Virus record (IMG/VR): IMGVR_UViG_3300044984_002188
Location: 1 to 57,011 of that record
DNA: 57,011 nucleotides
Reading direction: 5' to 3' (one strand)
DNA from: a virus
Lineage: Duplodnaviria > Caudoviricetes
The notes below the pieces were generated by a model that saw only the letters and a list, made by a program, of their open reading frames with translations, was not told the DNA's origin and did no database searches. A program made the position numbers and the translations under genes. The stretch's first letter is position 1, and each line of letters begins with the position of its first letter. Below, piece after piece: positions 26,658 to 36,855 of the stretch.

Positions 26658-26962
26658 TGCCCAATTATGCTTTTAAGTGTGAAAATTGTGATCATGGCTT
26701 TGATGAAATGTTAAATCTTTCAGATAGAGATATTCCATTGACTAAACCTTGTCCAGAATGCAAACAGAAAAAGATTTTTAGAAATTGGGGTGCAAGCAAG
26801 CCAATTTTAATGGCAGATGCTACACTTACTCCAACAAAAGCCATGGGTAGTCAATTCAAAGAAGTTATTGATAAGATTAAATCCAATGGTCATGTGCCAA
26901 AGCGGTTTCATGAAAAATTGGATAATAGTCTAAATTCTAATGCTGGTAGAAGGCTACGTTAA
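26657..26962 (+). CDS. FmdB-family zinc-ribbon protein
   Basis: MPNYAFKCENCDHGF...CPEC. Confidence 0.85.
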   Translation: MPNYAFKCENCDHGFDEMLNLSDRDIPLTKPCPECKQKKIFRNWGASKPILMADATLTPTKAMGSQFKEVIDKIKSNGHVPKRFHEKLDNSLNSNAGRRLR

Positions 26963-27507
26963 GTTTTAGATTCTATCAAAGCCTTTAAAACATAATAACT
27001 ATCAATAACATCTGTAACAGGATTACTTAAAGTTTTTTGAGCGAACACTGATTTCAAATCAGTGTTTGTTTCTTTACTGAAGGTCTCATACATTACCTGT
27101 TTATCAGCGTTACCTTTGCCTGTGGCGCATTTCTTGACCTTAGACGGCTCTACGATGGTTACGGGAATGGCGTGCTTGTAGAGCTTGTATTTAAGAAGAC
27201 CCATGTTCTCAGCTAAATTGAATACTTTACCTTTAGCTCCATATGCATAACCTTCCATACCAACATCAGCTGCACCAATACAAAGATTGGTTGCCCATTC
27301 TGATATGGTGTCGAATCGATCTACGTCTTGTACATATTCCTGAAATGATTCACCAGTAATATTTGGTGCAATCTTATCAGCATATTTTTTAGTATTAGTA
27401 AGATAATAGAAAAAACAATTCTCAAACTTAAATGTCTTGCGTTCATCAAATAAACACAAGCAAGGGCAAGTTATAGAATAATCAATTCCTATTAACATAT
27501 GATACAT
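26959..27507 (-). CDS. RuvC-like Holliday junction resolvase
   Basis: IGIDYS, MEGYAYG, VKKCATGKGNADK, DVIDS. Confidence 0.85.
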   Translation of the reverse strand: MYHMLIGIDYSITCPCLCLFDERKTFKFENCFFYYLTNTKKYADKIAPNITGESFQEYVQDVDRFDTISEWATNLCIGAADVGMEGYAYGAKGKVFNLAENMGLLKYKLYKHAIPVTIVEPSKVKKCATGKGNADKQVMYETFSKETNTDLKSVFAQKTLSNPVTDVIDSYYVLKALIESKT

Positions 27508-27513
27508 TGGTAT

Positions 27514-28041
27514 TCAAGAAACTTTACCCACTTTTCTATAGTAGATATGTTCTGCCGTTATTGTTTGATTACCTGGTACAATATCATGTGTAACATTTAG
27601 AGCAGTTATGGCATTTGCTGTAGTTCCAGATAAGTCTGTTAAAAATGACTGTTTAACATAAGCAATGGTTATGATTTCCCAACGACCTTTTTCTGAACCT
27701 GGACCAGTATAAGGCAATATCACAGAACCAGTAACTCCAGTAAATGTTGGTTCGATATTTTTAAATACATCAATATAATAATTTGGAATAAAACCAGAAA
27801 TAAGATTTACACCAAAAGAGAAAAAATCATTATTTAAATATATGTGAGAGGCATAATCTGCAGTTATACCAGAATTATTAATATCGGATGGTGTACGTGT
27901 ATATAATTCTTTTGATAAACCAGATGCTGTTACGACTGCATCGCCAAGAAAGCTAGATTGGGTCACACCCGGTAAAGTATTTGTAATAGAATTTGAATTT
28001 GGAATAATTGCTCCAAAAATTCTAGTAGGAGCATATGTCAT
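27514..28041 (-). CDS. Putative virion structural protein
   Basis: T/S/G-rich composition; part of a late run. Confidence 0.6.
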   Translation of the reverse strand: MTYAPTRIFGAIIPNSNSITNTLPGVTQSSFLGDAVVTASGLSKELYTRTPSDINNSGITADYASHIYLNNDFFSFGVNLISGFIPNYYIDVFKNIEPTFTGVTGSVILPYTGPGSEKGRWEIITIAYVKQSFLTDLSGTTANAITALNVTHDIVPGNQTITAEHIYYRKVGKVS

Positions 28042-28044
28042 ATT

Positions 28045-29241
28045 TTAATTAATCCATTTTTGATATAAAGAGTTTGCTGATGCATTTAAATTATTTAGAG
28101 CGTTTTGTAAATAAGTAAAATCAATTTGAGTAGCTAAAGTCAATCCCTGATTAAGTGGATAATAATAATGATTTTTATCAATCAATCTATTTTCTAAATT
28201 ACCATATAAAGGTAAAGCATCTGTAACATAACATGGTCCACTCACAAATGCTACATTCCCACCAAAGACATCAACAATTCCCGCACCACCACTCGCTATA
28301 CTTGCTACAAAATATAAAGAATTATTTTTCATATAAAGGATCTGTGAAGAAGAATCTCCTGTCCAAACCGCTGCTGCTGTAACACCATCAATATAACGTG
28401 AAAAAATTCCACTAATTGTATTTGGAGAAATTATATAAGGATTATTTAAAAAACTGTAACCGGCTATTAGTTTTTGTAAAGGTATAATTTTATCATTTCC
28501 ATCCCAAAGATAGACATTAGTACAAGCAACAGATATTTGATTTTGATTTAGACCAATTCTATTATATTCAAAGGTCATTCCTTGATCTTTCATGTCTTGT
28601 ATTAATACAGACGGACTAATCTTTTTTGCTATTGGTTGGCTCATAGTAGGGCCAACTCCCATTAAATCCATAATACCATAATCATCAGTTAAAATTTGAT
28701 ATTGTGTTGATCCAGCTGCAAATCCAGGAATTTCTGGTGATCCTAAAAAATACTTTGGCTTATTGTATGCAGTAGATCCAGTTATTTGATTTAATGGAAC
28801 ACAATTATACATACCAGTATATGGTCCATATGAACAAAATCCAGATAAAGTATTATTCCAAAGAGTTAGTGATAATGCTGGATATGCTGTTGTAGTTCCA
28901 GTATATTTTGCAGTTGGATCAATACCAAATGCTCCAAAGGAATCAGAAGATTTATTTGGACTATAATGAATATTTCCGGATATTGTTTTATCCCCTATAA
29001 CAATATATAATGGGTTATCTTTTATATTATAATAATTTGGTAATGAGGTAATTCCAGCTTCAGGAGGAATTGGAATTGGTCCAGTACCCGTAAATGCTCT
29101 GTATCGTGGTATTACAGAAGCAAAATCTGCAGAAGCACCATATATTAAACTATTTGGATTTAATCCTATTGGGTATCCTATATTACCAGCCCCATAAAGA
29201 TAAATGTCATGAATTGTTGGGTCATAGTCTTTATAATACAT
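28045..29241 (-). CDS. Putative virion protein with a GDSS serine-protease-like motif
   Basis: 398 aa; WTGDSSSQILY. Confidence 0.6.
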   Translation of the reverse strand: MYYKDYDPTIHDIYLYGAGNIGYPIGLNPNSLIYGASADFASVIPRYRAFTGTGPIPIPPEAGITSLPNYYNIKDNPLYIVIGDKTISGNIHYSPNKSSDSFGAFGIDPTAKYTGTTTAYPALSLTLWNNTLSGFCSYGPYTGMYNCVPLNQITGSTAYNKPKYFLGSPEIPGFAAGSTQYQILTDDYGIMDLMGVGPTMSQPIAKKISPSVLIQDMKDQGMTFEYNRIGLNQNQISVACTNVYLWDGNDKIIPLQKLIAGYSFLNNPYIISPNTISGIFSRYIDGVTAAAVWTGDSSSQILYMKNNSLYFVASIASGGAGIVDVFGGNVAFVSGPCYVTDALPLYGNLENRLIDKNHYYYPLNQGLTLATQIDFTYLQNALNNLNASANSLYQKWIN

Positions 29242-29978
29242 TACATTTTAATCCAATTACCAGTTGTTCCACCAATTCCACCAGAATAAGAAAGAGGAAC
29301 TACTACACCTGGCAAAGTATTTATTGTCTCGTTAATCATATTAATATATTGTAACAAACTTAACATAGTAGATTCTCTTGCAAAATCTATAGTTGGATCA
29401 CTTGCAAGAACTGATGCACCAGGAATATTAATTTCAACATTTTTGCCTCTTTGTGTTACTGTAACACCATCACCTTTAATAATTAAATCGTTTACAGATC
29501 TTAGAATAGATTTTTTATTTCCATTAGAATCTACAGTTTTAATTCCTACAGCACCACCACCACCAACAGAGTTGTGGGACATAAGATTGGAACTTGTTAC
29601 TTTTTCAACAGTATTTTGTACTAACGTTGCAGCTTGACTAGTTATTAAATTTATTAATTTATTATTATCAATTGTTATTTTACCATTAACTAGTACTAAT
29701 GGATCAGAAACTTCTAATTGTTCTAATAAAGATTTTTTTTCTATAGGTTGTTCTAATTTGATAATCTGTTTTAATGTATTTTCAGAATTAACATTAAAAA
29801 ATCTATCTGTGGTTTTTTTTAAATCTTCACTTAAAAATGTAAGTGGTTTTAAGCTTTCCAAATAAGATAACTGATTCTCTCTTTGTTGCTTTTTCTCTTC
29901 CAATTTAATCTGTTCGGTTACTTGTTGGGGAGTTTTATGAATAAAAGTATTTGAAAATGTTTGTTTATCTTTTGACAT
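29241..29978 (-). CDS. Putative virion structural protein
   Basis: TATAAATA at 29991; coiled coil followed by GGGGAVG and a fibre-like beta motif. Confidence 0.65.
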   Translation of the reverse strand: MSKDKQTFSNTFIHKTPQQVTEQIKLEEKKQQRENQLSYLESLKPLTFLSEDLKKTTDRFFNVNSENTLKQIIKLEQPIEKKSLLEQLEVSDPLVLVNGKITIDNNKLINLITSQAATLVQNTVEKVTSSNLMSHNSVGGGGAVGIKTVDSNGNKKSILRSVNDLIIKGDGVTVTQRGKNVEINIPGASVLASDPTIDFARESTMLSLLQYINMINETINTLPGVVVPLSYSGGIGGTTGNWIKM

Positions 29979-30002
29979 GGTATACAAACATATTTATACC
30001 GT

Positions 30003-30090
30003 GGTCAGAGATGATGGTTCCTTAGTAATACGATGGAGTATACTTCGAATGTCACCAAAAGAATTACGAGGATTAACCATCACCTCTGCC
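30003..30090 (-). ncRNA. Candidate ~88-nt rod-like hairpin RNA
   Basis: On -: CAGAGGUGAUGGUU pairs with AACCAUCAUCUCUG (14 bp, one G-U); inner UCCU/AGGA and GUAAU/AUUAC stems; TCTAAATA late promoter 5 nt upstream. Confidence 0.6.
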
Positions 30091-30146
30091 TAAAATATTT
30101 AGAATAAAAAATACCCTTGCGGGGATTAATTATTACAGATTTGAAA

Positions 30147-30218
30147 CTCCTCGGGCTGGACTCGAACCAGTAACCGTTCGCTTAACAGGCGAATGCTCTA
30201 CCATTGAGCTACCGAAGA
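30147..30218 (-). tRNA. tRNA-Asn (GTT)
   Basis: Acceptor TCTTCGG/CCGAGGA; TTCGC-ct GTT aa-GCGAA; GGTTCGAGTCC; no encoded CCA. Confidence 0.9.
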
Positions 30219-30225
30219 ACGTGAT

Positions 30226-32115
30226 TTACACTATCTGACATCCACCTGCACTACAGGCAAACTCCTTACCAACTTCTGTATTATCTTCTGACTCATACTT
30301 CATGAGATCATTAAAGTTAACCTTGACCTTTGGATGTGCTGCATATGTTGCAGAATCAATTTGTTCAAACGGTGCCTGAGCATATGTATGATTATCACTT
30401 CCAGGAAGGAATGCAATACCTGTTGCCACATCAAAGTTCTCCCACAACCAATTGCCTACTTCAAGGAATTCACTATCCTTATAGTTGACGGTAATGGAAG
30501 GCTTGTGATGACAGTAATGCTCTTGATATGTTTTCCACAGATCAAGATGGTCAAGTGCACGAAGATCTTCTGTAGTAACAGTACCACGAGGAGCCTTCAT
30601 TGCAAAAGTAAATACGGCAGTAGAAGTTGGGTTTATCACATCATCCTCACACGGGACTCCTTGATCCTTCATCAAGTTATATAAAGGATCTTTCTTGTCC
30701 AGACGAATTCTGCGGAAATAATAATCCGCATAGCGTGGATGTAAACCCGAAGCGGAATCCACCAAGCAAGAAGTAGTGCCTTCTGGCTTGACGCAAGTGA
30801 TTGACTTGCTAGGATTAATACCCAACTTCTCTGCCCATTTGAGATTTGTAGCCGTTGCATGGTCACGAAGATTCTCAAGAAGTCGAACTAATTTTGGCTT
30901 ACCGTCAAGACCACTGGTAAGTTTATTATCAAAAATTCCTGTCATAGAAACACCAAGCAATCTTTCCTCTTCACAGTTCTTCTTCCACTCAGGACGAAGA
31001 TAAGGAAATTTTACAAAAGTAGATTGCACAGTCCCAATAATAGTGGCAATTTCAATCTTCTTCTTTAGGCTGGCTGCGGTATCATCGATACGAACTACAA
31101 CAGTTGAAAGATTACAAAATTCAAAGGGTCTTAGAATAATTTCTGCACATGGATTGGTACCATATTCACAGTTTTCCTCTCGTCCCCACTTCGCTGCTTG
31201 CTCCTGTAGAGCCCTACGATTGATCATGCCGCGTTCTCCGCTGTGAGAGTTGTACAGAGAGGTCCACTCCTCAAGAAACTGTCCCATGGGGGGTCTACCA
31301 CGATAAACCGCTGAATTATTAGCGTAAGACCGGAATCCGGCTTGTTCCCACCACGCACCTGACTTACACATGGCAATTTCACGGTCTCCCAGGTCACTGA
31401 GAGAAATCATGGCTGATCTACGCACTCCACCAACGATTACGGCATTCGCAATGGCACAGCAGGTGTCATGGCATTCAAGAGCCGAAAGTTTACGTCCTTG
31501 TGCGTTATAGAAGACCTTGACCAAAAATTTGAATAAATTGTCTAGGGGAGCAGGACCAGAAGCACGACCACCAAAAGTCTTGAGTCGTGCACCAGATGGT
31601 CGAACCTTTGACAAGTCCCACTTAGGATGTTTACCGGAATAGAGGTCATCGAATAAGGTTTTGAGAGCATTCCCCCAACCTTCCTTTGAATCTTCAACAA
31701 CGATTACCTTATCAAAATTTTTTACAATCTTGTTAGCAACAGTTGGAAGTTTATCGGTGTATTGACGTTCTACAGAATATCCTGTACCTGTTCCATTCAT
31801 GAGAATGACGAACAGTTCTGCAAATGATTCAATAGAATCAATTGGAAGATATGAGCAGTTGTATAAACATGTATTATCGTGATCAAGAGCAACACCTGCA
31901 GTCATTAAACTTCTCATGGAAGGAAGAACTTCAAGATTTAAAATTGCTTCTTTGACATCAGGTCTTTCGGCTAAAGTAGGAACCTTATCGGTGAAATAAT
32001 TCCACCAACGGTCTACACATTCATCCCAACTCTCGCGGCGATTCTGTGAAGGAAGCCAACGAGAATAACGAGAAATAAAAATAAAAGATTGAAACGGTGA
32101 TAAAGCATCTGCCAT
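30226..32115 (-). CDS. nrdJ: Class II (B12-dependent) ribonucleotide reductase
   Basis: YNC, VGGVRRSAMI, TNPCAEI, TCVKPEGT, C-terminal CSAGGC. Confidence 0.93.
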   Translation of the reverse strand: MADALSPFQSFIFISRYSRWLPSQNRRESWDECVDRWWNYFTDKVPTLAERPDVKEAILNLEVLPSMRSLMTAGVALDHDNTCLYNCSYLPIDSIESFAELFVILMNGTGTGYSVERQYTDKLPTVANKIVKNFDKVIVVEDSKEGWGNALKTLFDDLYSGKHPKWDLSKVRPSGARLKTFGGRASGPAPLDNLFKFLVKVFYNAQGRKLSALECHDTCCAIANAVIVGGVRRSAMISLSDLGDREIAMCKSGAWWEQAGFRSYANNSAVYRGRPPMGQFLEEWTSLYNSHSGERGMINRRALQEQAAKWGREENCEYGTNPCAEIILRPFEFCNLSTVVVRIDDTAASLKKKIEIATIIGTVQSTFVKFPYLRPEWKKNCEEERLLGVSMTGIFDNKLTSGLDGKPKLVRLLENLRDHATATNLKWAEKLGINPSKSITCVKPEGTTSCLVDSASGLHPRYADYYFRRIRLDKKDPLYNLMKDQGVPCEDDVINPTSTAVFTFAMKAPRGTVTTEDLRALDHLDLWKTYQEHYCHHKPSITVNYKDSEFLEVGNWLWENFDVATGIAFLPGSDNHTYAQAPFEQIDSATYAAHPKVKVNFNDLMKYESEDNTEVGKEFACSAGGCQIV

Positions 32116-32139
32116 AAAAATGAACTCCTAGTGGGTGTC

Positions 32140-32892
32140 TTATTTAGTTGTTAGAGTATGCCATGAAACTGGGAAACGAGGAGCAATTAATTTGTCAATT
32201 GCTTTAGCAAATTCTTGCACTTCCCATTGGGCATGTGTGTCAATACGAAGATTATAAACTCTTGCAAATGCATAGAGTGAACCAGTCCATACGAATTCTG
32301 TGTATGTACCTTGTGGTAAAATTGATCGTGCTTGTTCTGGTGCAACACCATCTGCTAATAGACGGTTATACATATCTAAACATTCTTTTGCAACACCAGA
32401 ATATTCTTGACGTAATTTAATACATGTATCAAGATCTTCAATAGCACCACTGCTGCCTTGCTTGGCTCCATTAGTTGGAGCATTTCTCCAAAGAGGTACA
32501 TAGATCTCTGGCTCAAAGGTAACATAACGGCGACTTACTTCATTCATGACAAGACCAACTTGATGTTTGCCAAGTTGTGCACGAACAAAGATAGGACACT
32601 TGATACGAAGACTAATCTGTGGATGGCAGAATGGCGTAAAGTGATTATGCTTGGCAAGATATGTAATTAACTTTACATCTCTATCCAGTAGATAAGATTC
32701 ATATGGTTCTTCTTTACCTGGACGAGGAGTGTGATCTTCCATTGTTCCATAGACACTCTGCTTATTAAATGAAACACGGGCAGCATCCACTACAGATAAA
32801 TCGTTACCCATGTAATCCATAAGCTGTACATGTCCATGATCAAGTACTGAAAGGTTAGTCTGCTCCGGAAACGTTGGTATTGTCTGTGTCAT
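32140..32892 (-). CDS. thyX: Flavin-dependent thymidylate synthase
   Basis: AARVS, HFTPF, NEVSRRY, PEQARSILP, HAQWEV. Confidence 0.93.
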   Translation of the reverse strand: MTQTIPTFPEQTNLSVLDHGHVQLMDYMGNDLSVVDAARVSFNKQSVYGTMEDHTPRPGKEEPYESYLLDRDVKLITYLAKHNHFTPFCHPQISLRIKCPIFVRAQLGKHQVGLVMNEVSRRYVTFEPEIYVPLWRNAPTNGAKQGSSGAIEDLDTCIKLRQEYSGVAKECLDMYNRLLADGVAPEQARSILPQGTYTEFVWTGSLYAFARVYNLRIDTHAQWEVQEFAKAIDKLIAPRFPVSWHTLTTK

Positions 32893-33094
32893 CTTCTTCA
32901 TCCTCATCTATATCTACAAGTTCAACTCTTACGCCATCAATCTTTGTAAAGTCTGCTGCATATTCTCGAGCACGACCCCATAGTTCAGGGTCCATTTCTT
33001 TTACATACTCACCAAATCTTTGGACAAAGGTGATGTACGCTTCACTAGCCTTTAAAATATCTTCTTCAGATAGTTTCTCGTTTTCATCTTCCAT
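32855..33094 (-). CDS. Acidic hypothetical protein
   Basis: 79-aa ORF abutting the primase stop. Confidence 0.7.
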   Translation of the reverse strand: MEDENEKLSEEDILKASEAYITFVQRFGEYVKEMDPELWGRAREYAADFTKIDGVRVELVDIDEDEEDDTDNTNVSGAD

Positions 33095-34087
33095 TTAAAC
33101 CTTCTTCCAGTAAGTATACTTTACTTTTGCTTTAAGTCCAGAATAAACATTGTTGATTATCAGTTTCATGGTCATTAATTCACCGAATGCTAGAACCATG
33201 TCGTTAATATCTTTTTTATCAATTTCATTTGGCCAGATTACTACATTTCTTCCAGCCTCAATGTACTTTCCAATCAAGTGAACAATTTCTACATTTCTTG
33301 GTTCATTATCAAATATAAACACAACCTTTGATTTTGAGATCTTCTTAGGAAGATCTTCTAACCAACCTGCACCCTGCATTGAAATTCCATTTGGAATAAA
33401 CATGGAATCAATCGGACCTTCAGTCACATACACAGTATCTCTTGCGTCTACTTTATCTATGTTGTACCATAGACGCTCTTCACCTTCACGCTTTAAGGTG
33501 ATGTACCTTATCGCTTTCTCTTGCGCTTTTTCTTCGATAATCCTACCTTGGACACCAATAAGGCTCCCGCTCTCGTCATAGAACGGTATGACGAGCCTAC
33601 CTTCCTTAGATCCTTCTCTATCGAAAGAAGACATGATTCTACTGAAATCACTGCAGTAATAAAAATTGCAATACTTTTCTTTTGGAATTTCTCTAGATTG
33701 AACATATTTTACCGCCGGATGATCTGCATTGAGTAAATCAAGCCTTGTTCCGAGATCACTGAACACTGGCTGTTTCTTTTCTGTCTTCGTTGTAACCAAC
33801 GGTTCTGGATTTTTGTCTTTGAAATTTTCAAATGCATATTCTTTGCAGAGTGATGGGCTGACGCTTTCAAGTACAGAATATAAACTACAAGCAATACCGC
33901 AGTTGTGACATTTATAAACATAATTTCCTTTGTTTTCAAAAAAGAAGCCTCTCGTCTTCGTCTTGTTCTTTAGTGAGTCTCCACACTTAAAACAACGACA
34001 CGTAGCAAGGTTCTCTTTCTTCCACTTAAACTTCTCAAGTGAGCCAGACAACATATTCACATATTTCTTATCAATATATATACTCAT
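33095..34087 (-). CDS. 61: DNA primase (T4 gp61-like)
   Basis: CFKCGDS...YKCHNC zinc finger; TEGPIDSMF, FDNEPRN, KDIND TOPRIM motifs. Confidence 0.93.
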   Translation of the reverse strand: MSIYIDKKYVNMLSGSLEKFKWKKENLATCRCFKCGDSLKNKTKTRGFFFENKGNYVYKCHNCGIACSLYSVLESVSPSLCKEYAFENFKDKNPEPLVTTKTEKKQPVFSDLGTRLDLLNADHPAVKYVQSREIPKEKYCNFYYCSDFSRIMSSFDREGSKEGRLVIPFYDESGSLIGVQGRIIEEKAQEKAIRYITLKREGEERLWYNIDKVDARDTVYVTEGPIDSMFIPNGISMQGAGWLEDLPKKISKSKVVFIFDNEPRNVEIVHLIGKYIEAGRNVVIWPNEIDKKDINDMVLAFGELMTMKLIINNVYSGLKAKVKYTYWKKV

Positions 34088-35502
34088 TTTGCAGCGTCTT
34101 CAAATGTCCAGTTTACTGCCTTATTCTTTTTCTTACCAAAATTAGAATCAAATGCTAATGGATCAGAACCTGATCCGAATCCTTCTTCATTTGTATTATT
34201 TGCATTGACAAGATTATTATTTGAATTTTCTACATCATAGAACTTCATTTTGGATTTATTCACACCAATAAGAAATTTACGATTCTTAGTTGTATCATTA
34301 CCACGGTTCTTTAACTGCTTCACCATGAGTTGACCATTCTGTGCTAACTCTTCAGTCTCAATGAGTGCAATGAAGAAGTCTGTAGTTTGTGGTAGACCAA
34401 AACTTTCAGATGTATCTGTCATCTCCATATCACTACTCTTTGCACCTTCACGATTTACCTGAGTAGCAGACCATAGTGGTACATTGAACTGCTTGGCAAG
34501 ACCACGAAGTTCTTCTGCAATACCCTTGACATAGGTGTAACTATTCATACCGTTTCCCATCTTGAATCTTGCACATGAGCAGATGTTTAGATAATCAACA
34601 ATGATAATGTCCGGCTTAAACTTCTTCTTAATCTTCAGTTCTTCCATAAGATTACGGAAGTGAGTTACATTGGCTGCAGCAGTAGGATATTCTTTAATAA
34701 TAAGTTTACCACGGCAAGTCTTCTTGAGATTGTTTACCTTGTTCTCGTACATAGCAAGAGGCATCTTCTCAAGAACATGAATGTCTGTATCTAAAAGATT
34801 AGCATCAATGCGTTTAGCAATTTCTTCTTCAGACATTTCAAGTGTGATATACAACACATTCAAATTCTGTGTAAGACACGCAGCAGCATGATGGCACAAG
34901 AATGCACTCTTACCAACACCGGATGCTGCCATCACTACGTTGAGAGTCTTCTTGCGAACTCCACCACCTGTGATGAGATTAAACATCTCAAGATCAAATG
35001 GTACACGTTCTTCTACGCGATGATAATATTCATAGCGTTCATCAACATCTTCAAAGAAGTCGTGTCCTACACGAGTATCAAAGGACACAGATAGAGCCTT
35101 AGACATGATCTCAGGAATTGCATTCTGAGTCTGCTCCTTATCCTTACCTTCAATGATCCCGATGGATGCCATGATACCATTATAAATGGCTTTCTCTTTG
35201 CAGAACTTTTCAGTATGTTCTACGAGCCACTCAGTATCAGACTTCTCACCTTCCTTATACATCTCATCAGAGATGGCAACACACTTCTTGAATTCACTGT
35301 CTCCAAGAGTCTTGTCATCTCCAAGTGAAATTAGTACAGCATCCTTAGTAGGAATGTTATTGTACTTAAGAAGAAACTTACTTACAATATTAAAGACTGT
35401 TCGTTCAGCCTTGTCTTGAAAGTATTCTTCTTGAAGGAACGGGACAACCTTGCGAGCAAAGTCCTCATTGAGAACTAAGTTCTTTAGAATAACTGTTTCC
35501 AT
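34084..35502 (-). CDS. 41: Replicative helicase (T4 gp41-like)
   Basis: ASGVGKS Walker A, ITLEM, VDYL, ATQVNR, SESFGLP; TTGACA-16-TATAAT-6-ATG. Confidence 0.95.
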   Translation of the reverse strand: METVILKNLVLNEDFARKVVPFLQEEYFQDKAERTVFNIVSKFLLKYNNIPTKDAVLISLGDDKTLGDSEFKKCVAISDEMYKEGEKSDTEWLVEHTEKFCKEKAIYNGIMASIGIIEGKDKEQTQNAIPEIMSKALSVSFDTRVGHDFFEDVDERYEYYHRVEERVPFDLEMFNLITGGGVRKKTLNVVMAASGVGKSAFLCHHAAACLTQNLNVLYITLEMSEEEIAKRIDANLLDTDIHVLEKMPLAMYENKVNNLKKTCRGKLIIKEYPTAAANVTHFRNLMEELKIKKKFKPDIIIVDYLNICSCARFKMGNGMNSYTYVKGIAEELRGLAKQFNVPLWSATQVNREGAKSSDMEMTDTSESFGLPQTTDFFIALIETEELAQNGQLMVKQLKNRGNDTTKNRKFLIGVNKSKMKFYDVENSNNNLVNANNTNEEGFGSGSDPLAFDSNFGKKKNKAVNWTFEDAAK

Positions 35503-35522
35503 GGTTTTATTATATCACTGGG

Positions 35523-35849
35523 TTAGGCGTTGTCAAGATGATCTTCATGAACATCTGCTTCAAGATCTTTACCGTCATCACTTTCAACTTGTGACTCTAT
35601 GATCTTTACAAATATTTCACCAGCAGTTTGCGTGAAATCTTTATCGGCTTGATCAAACCCTTCAGGGAATTTAATCATTTCAATTTCCATAGTAACATTT
35701 AAACCATCATTACCGTCTTCTTTAAAATCAATTTTACCATACCGATAAACAATACCAGCAAATTGCCCTGATATAATTTGAATCGGACATGTCTGTGTAC
35801 TGTCTACCGATGCTTCTGGAAGAAATTTATATTCAACTGCCTTGTCCAT
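35523..35849 (-). CDS. gp40-like head vertex assembly chaperone
   Basis: IQIISGQFAGIVYRYGKI; position between uvsX and 41 as in T4. Confidence 0.6.
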   Translation of the reverse strand: MDKAVEYKFLPEASVDSTQTCPIQIISGQFAGIVYRYGKIDFKEDGNDGLNVTMEIEMIKFPEGFDQADKDFTQTAGEIFVKIIESQVESDDGKDLEADVHEDHLDNA

Positions 35850-36855
35850 ACTTAAATCCTTTTTGAATTTCCACATCCAACTTGTCAAGAATATCTTTTG
35901 TAAAATACTTTTCAGGATCTTCATCTATATTTTTCTCAAATGCTTTTGTACCATCTGGGAGTTCTACTCGTGTTGAAACCTTCTTGAATATATTATATTC
36001 AATTGCAAGGTCTGTCAAGCCATAATATCTGCTTAATCCAGAAGTATAATTCAATCTTGTCTGAACGTGCATGTTTTCCTTGACAAAACGATTCTTATAG
36101 TTGGTGCATTTAATAAAGTTACCAACGATACCTTCGTCAGTCTTATCCTTGCTCTTTGACAGCATGATGATATTGCTAGCCGCATACTTGATACCTGTAC
36201 CACCACCAAGATCCTTAGTAGGAACATATGAACCAATAACTTGGTATGTATGGTTCGTAAGAAGAAGTGGTATCTTTGCCTTACCAAGTTTGAGGGTAAG
36301 AACACGGAACGTAGCCTTGGTAAGTTGTGCCTTGGTCATATCACGCACATCCTTACCTTCTGCCGAATCATTCATTTCTTTGTTTGTCGATAACATTCCC
36401 AAAGAATCAAGAACCATAAAGATTGGCTTGCGGTCTTCTTCAGGTGTTTCAAGTACATCATTGACGATCTTGAGAGCCTGGTTCTTGAACTCTTCGATTG
36501 TTGCAACAGGAACAACTGCAATTCTTTTGGAATCGATTCCCCGTTGTGCAAACATGTCTGAAGTGATTGCTTGCTCCGTGTCAAAGTAGATGACAACACC
36601 GTCTTTGTGGTCTTTAAGGAATTGAGTAGCGATTCCAATTGCATAGAAAGTCTTTCCAGTAGCAGGATCTCCTGCAAGACAAGAGATCTTGTTTGCAGGT
36701 AGTCCACCATATATAGAGCCTGAAAGCAAAGCATTCAGTACATATGATCCAGTATCAATAAAACCTGTAACATCAGCACCATCAATACCATCGGCTACGA
36801 TGGCTGCATCAGGATTATTTAGTTTGCTTAGTAGATTTGTTAGGTACTTTGACAT
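35833..36855 (-). CDS. uvsX: RecA-like recombinase UvsX
   Basis: DTGSYVLNALLSGS, GDPATGKT, FDTE, LDSLG, RDMTKAQ. Confidence 0.95.
   Translation of the reverse strand: MSKYLTNLLSKLNNPDAAIVADGIDGADVTGFIDTGSYVLNALLSGSIYGGLPANKISCLAGDPATGKTFYAIGIATQFLKDHKDGVVIYFDTEQAITSDMFAQRGIDSKRIAVVPVATIEEFKNQALKIVNDVLETPEEDRKPIFMVLDSLGMLSTNKEMNDSAEGKDVRDMTKAQLTKATFRVLTLKLGKAKIPLLLTNHTYQVIGSYVPTKDLGGGTGIKYAASNIIMLSKSKDKTDEGIVGNFIKCTNYKNRFVKENMHVQTRLNYTSGLSRYYGLTDLAIEYNIFKKVSTRVELPDGTKAFEKNIDEDPEKYFTKDILDKLDVEIQKGFKYGQGS

Noticed and set aside
32140-32892. ThyX motif KHQ instead of RHR as a sign of inactivation
   Set aside because: Other catalytic motifs, including SRRY, are intact, and KHQ-type variants occur in phage ThyX
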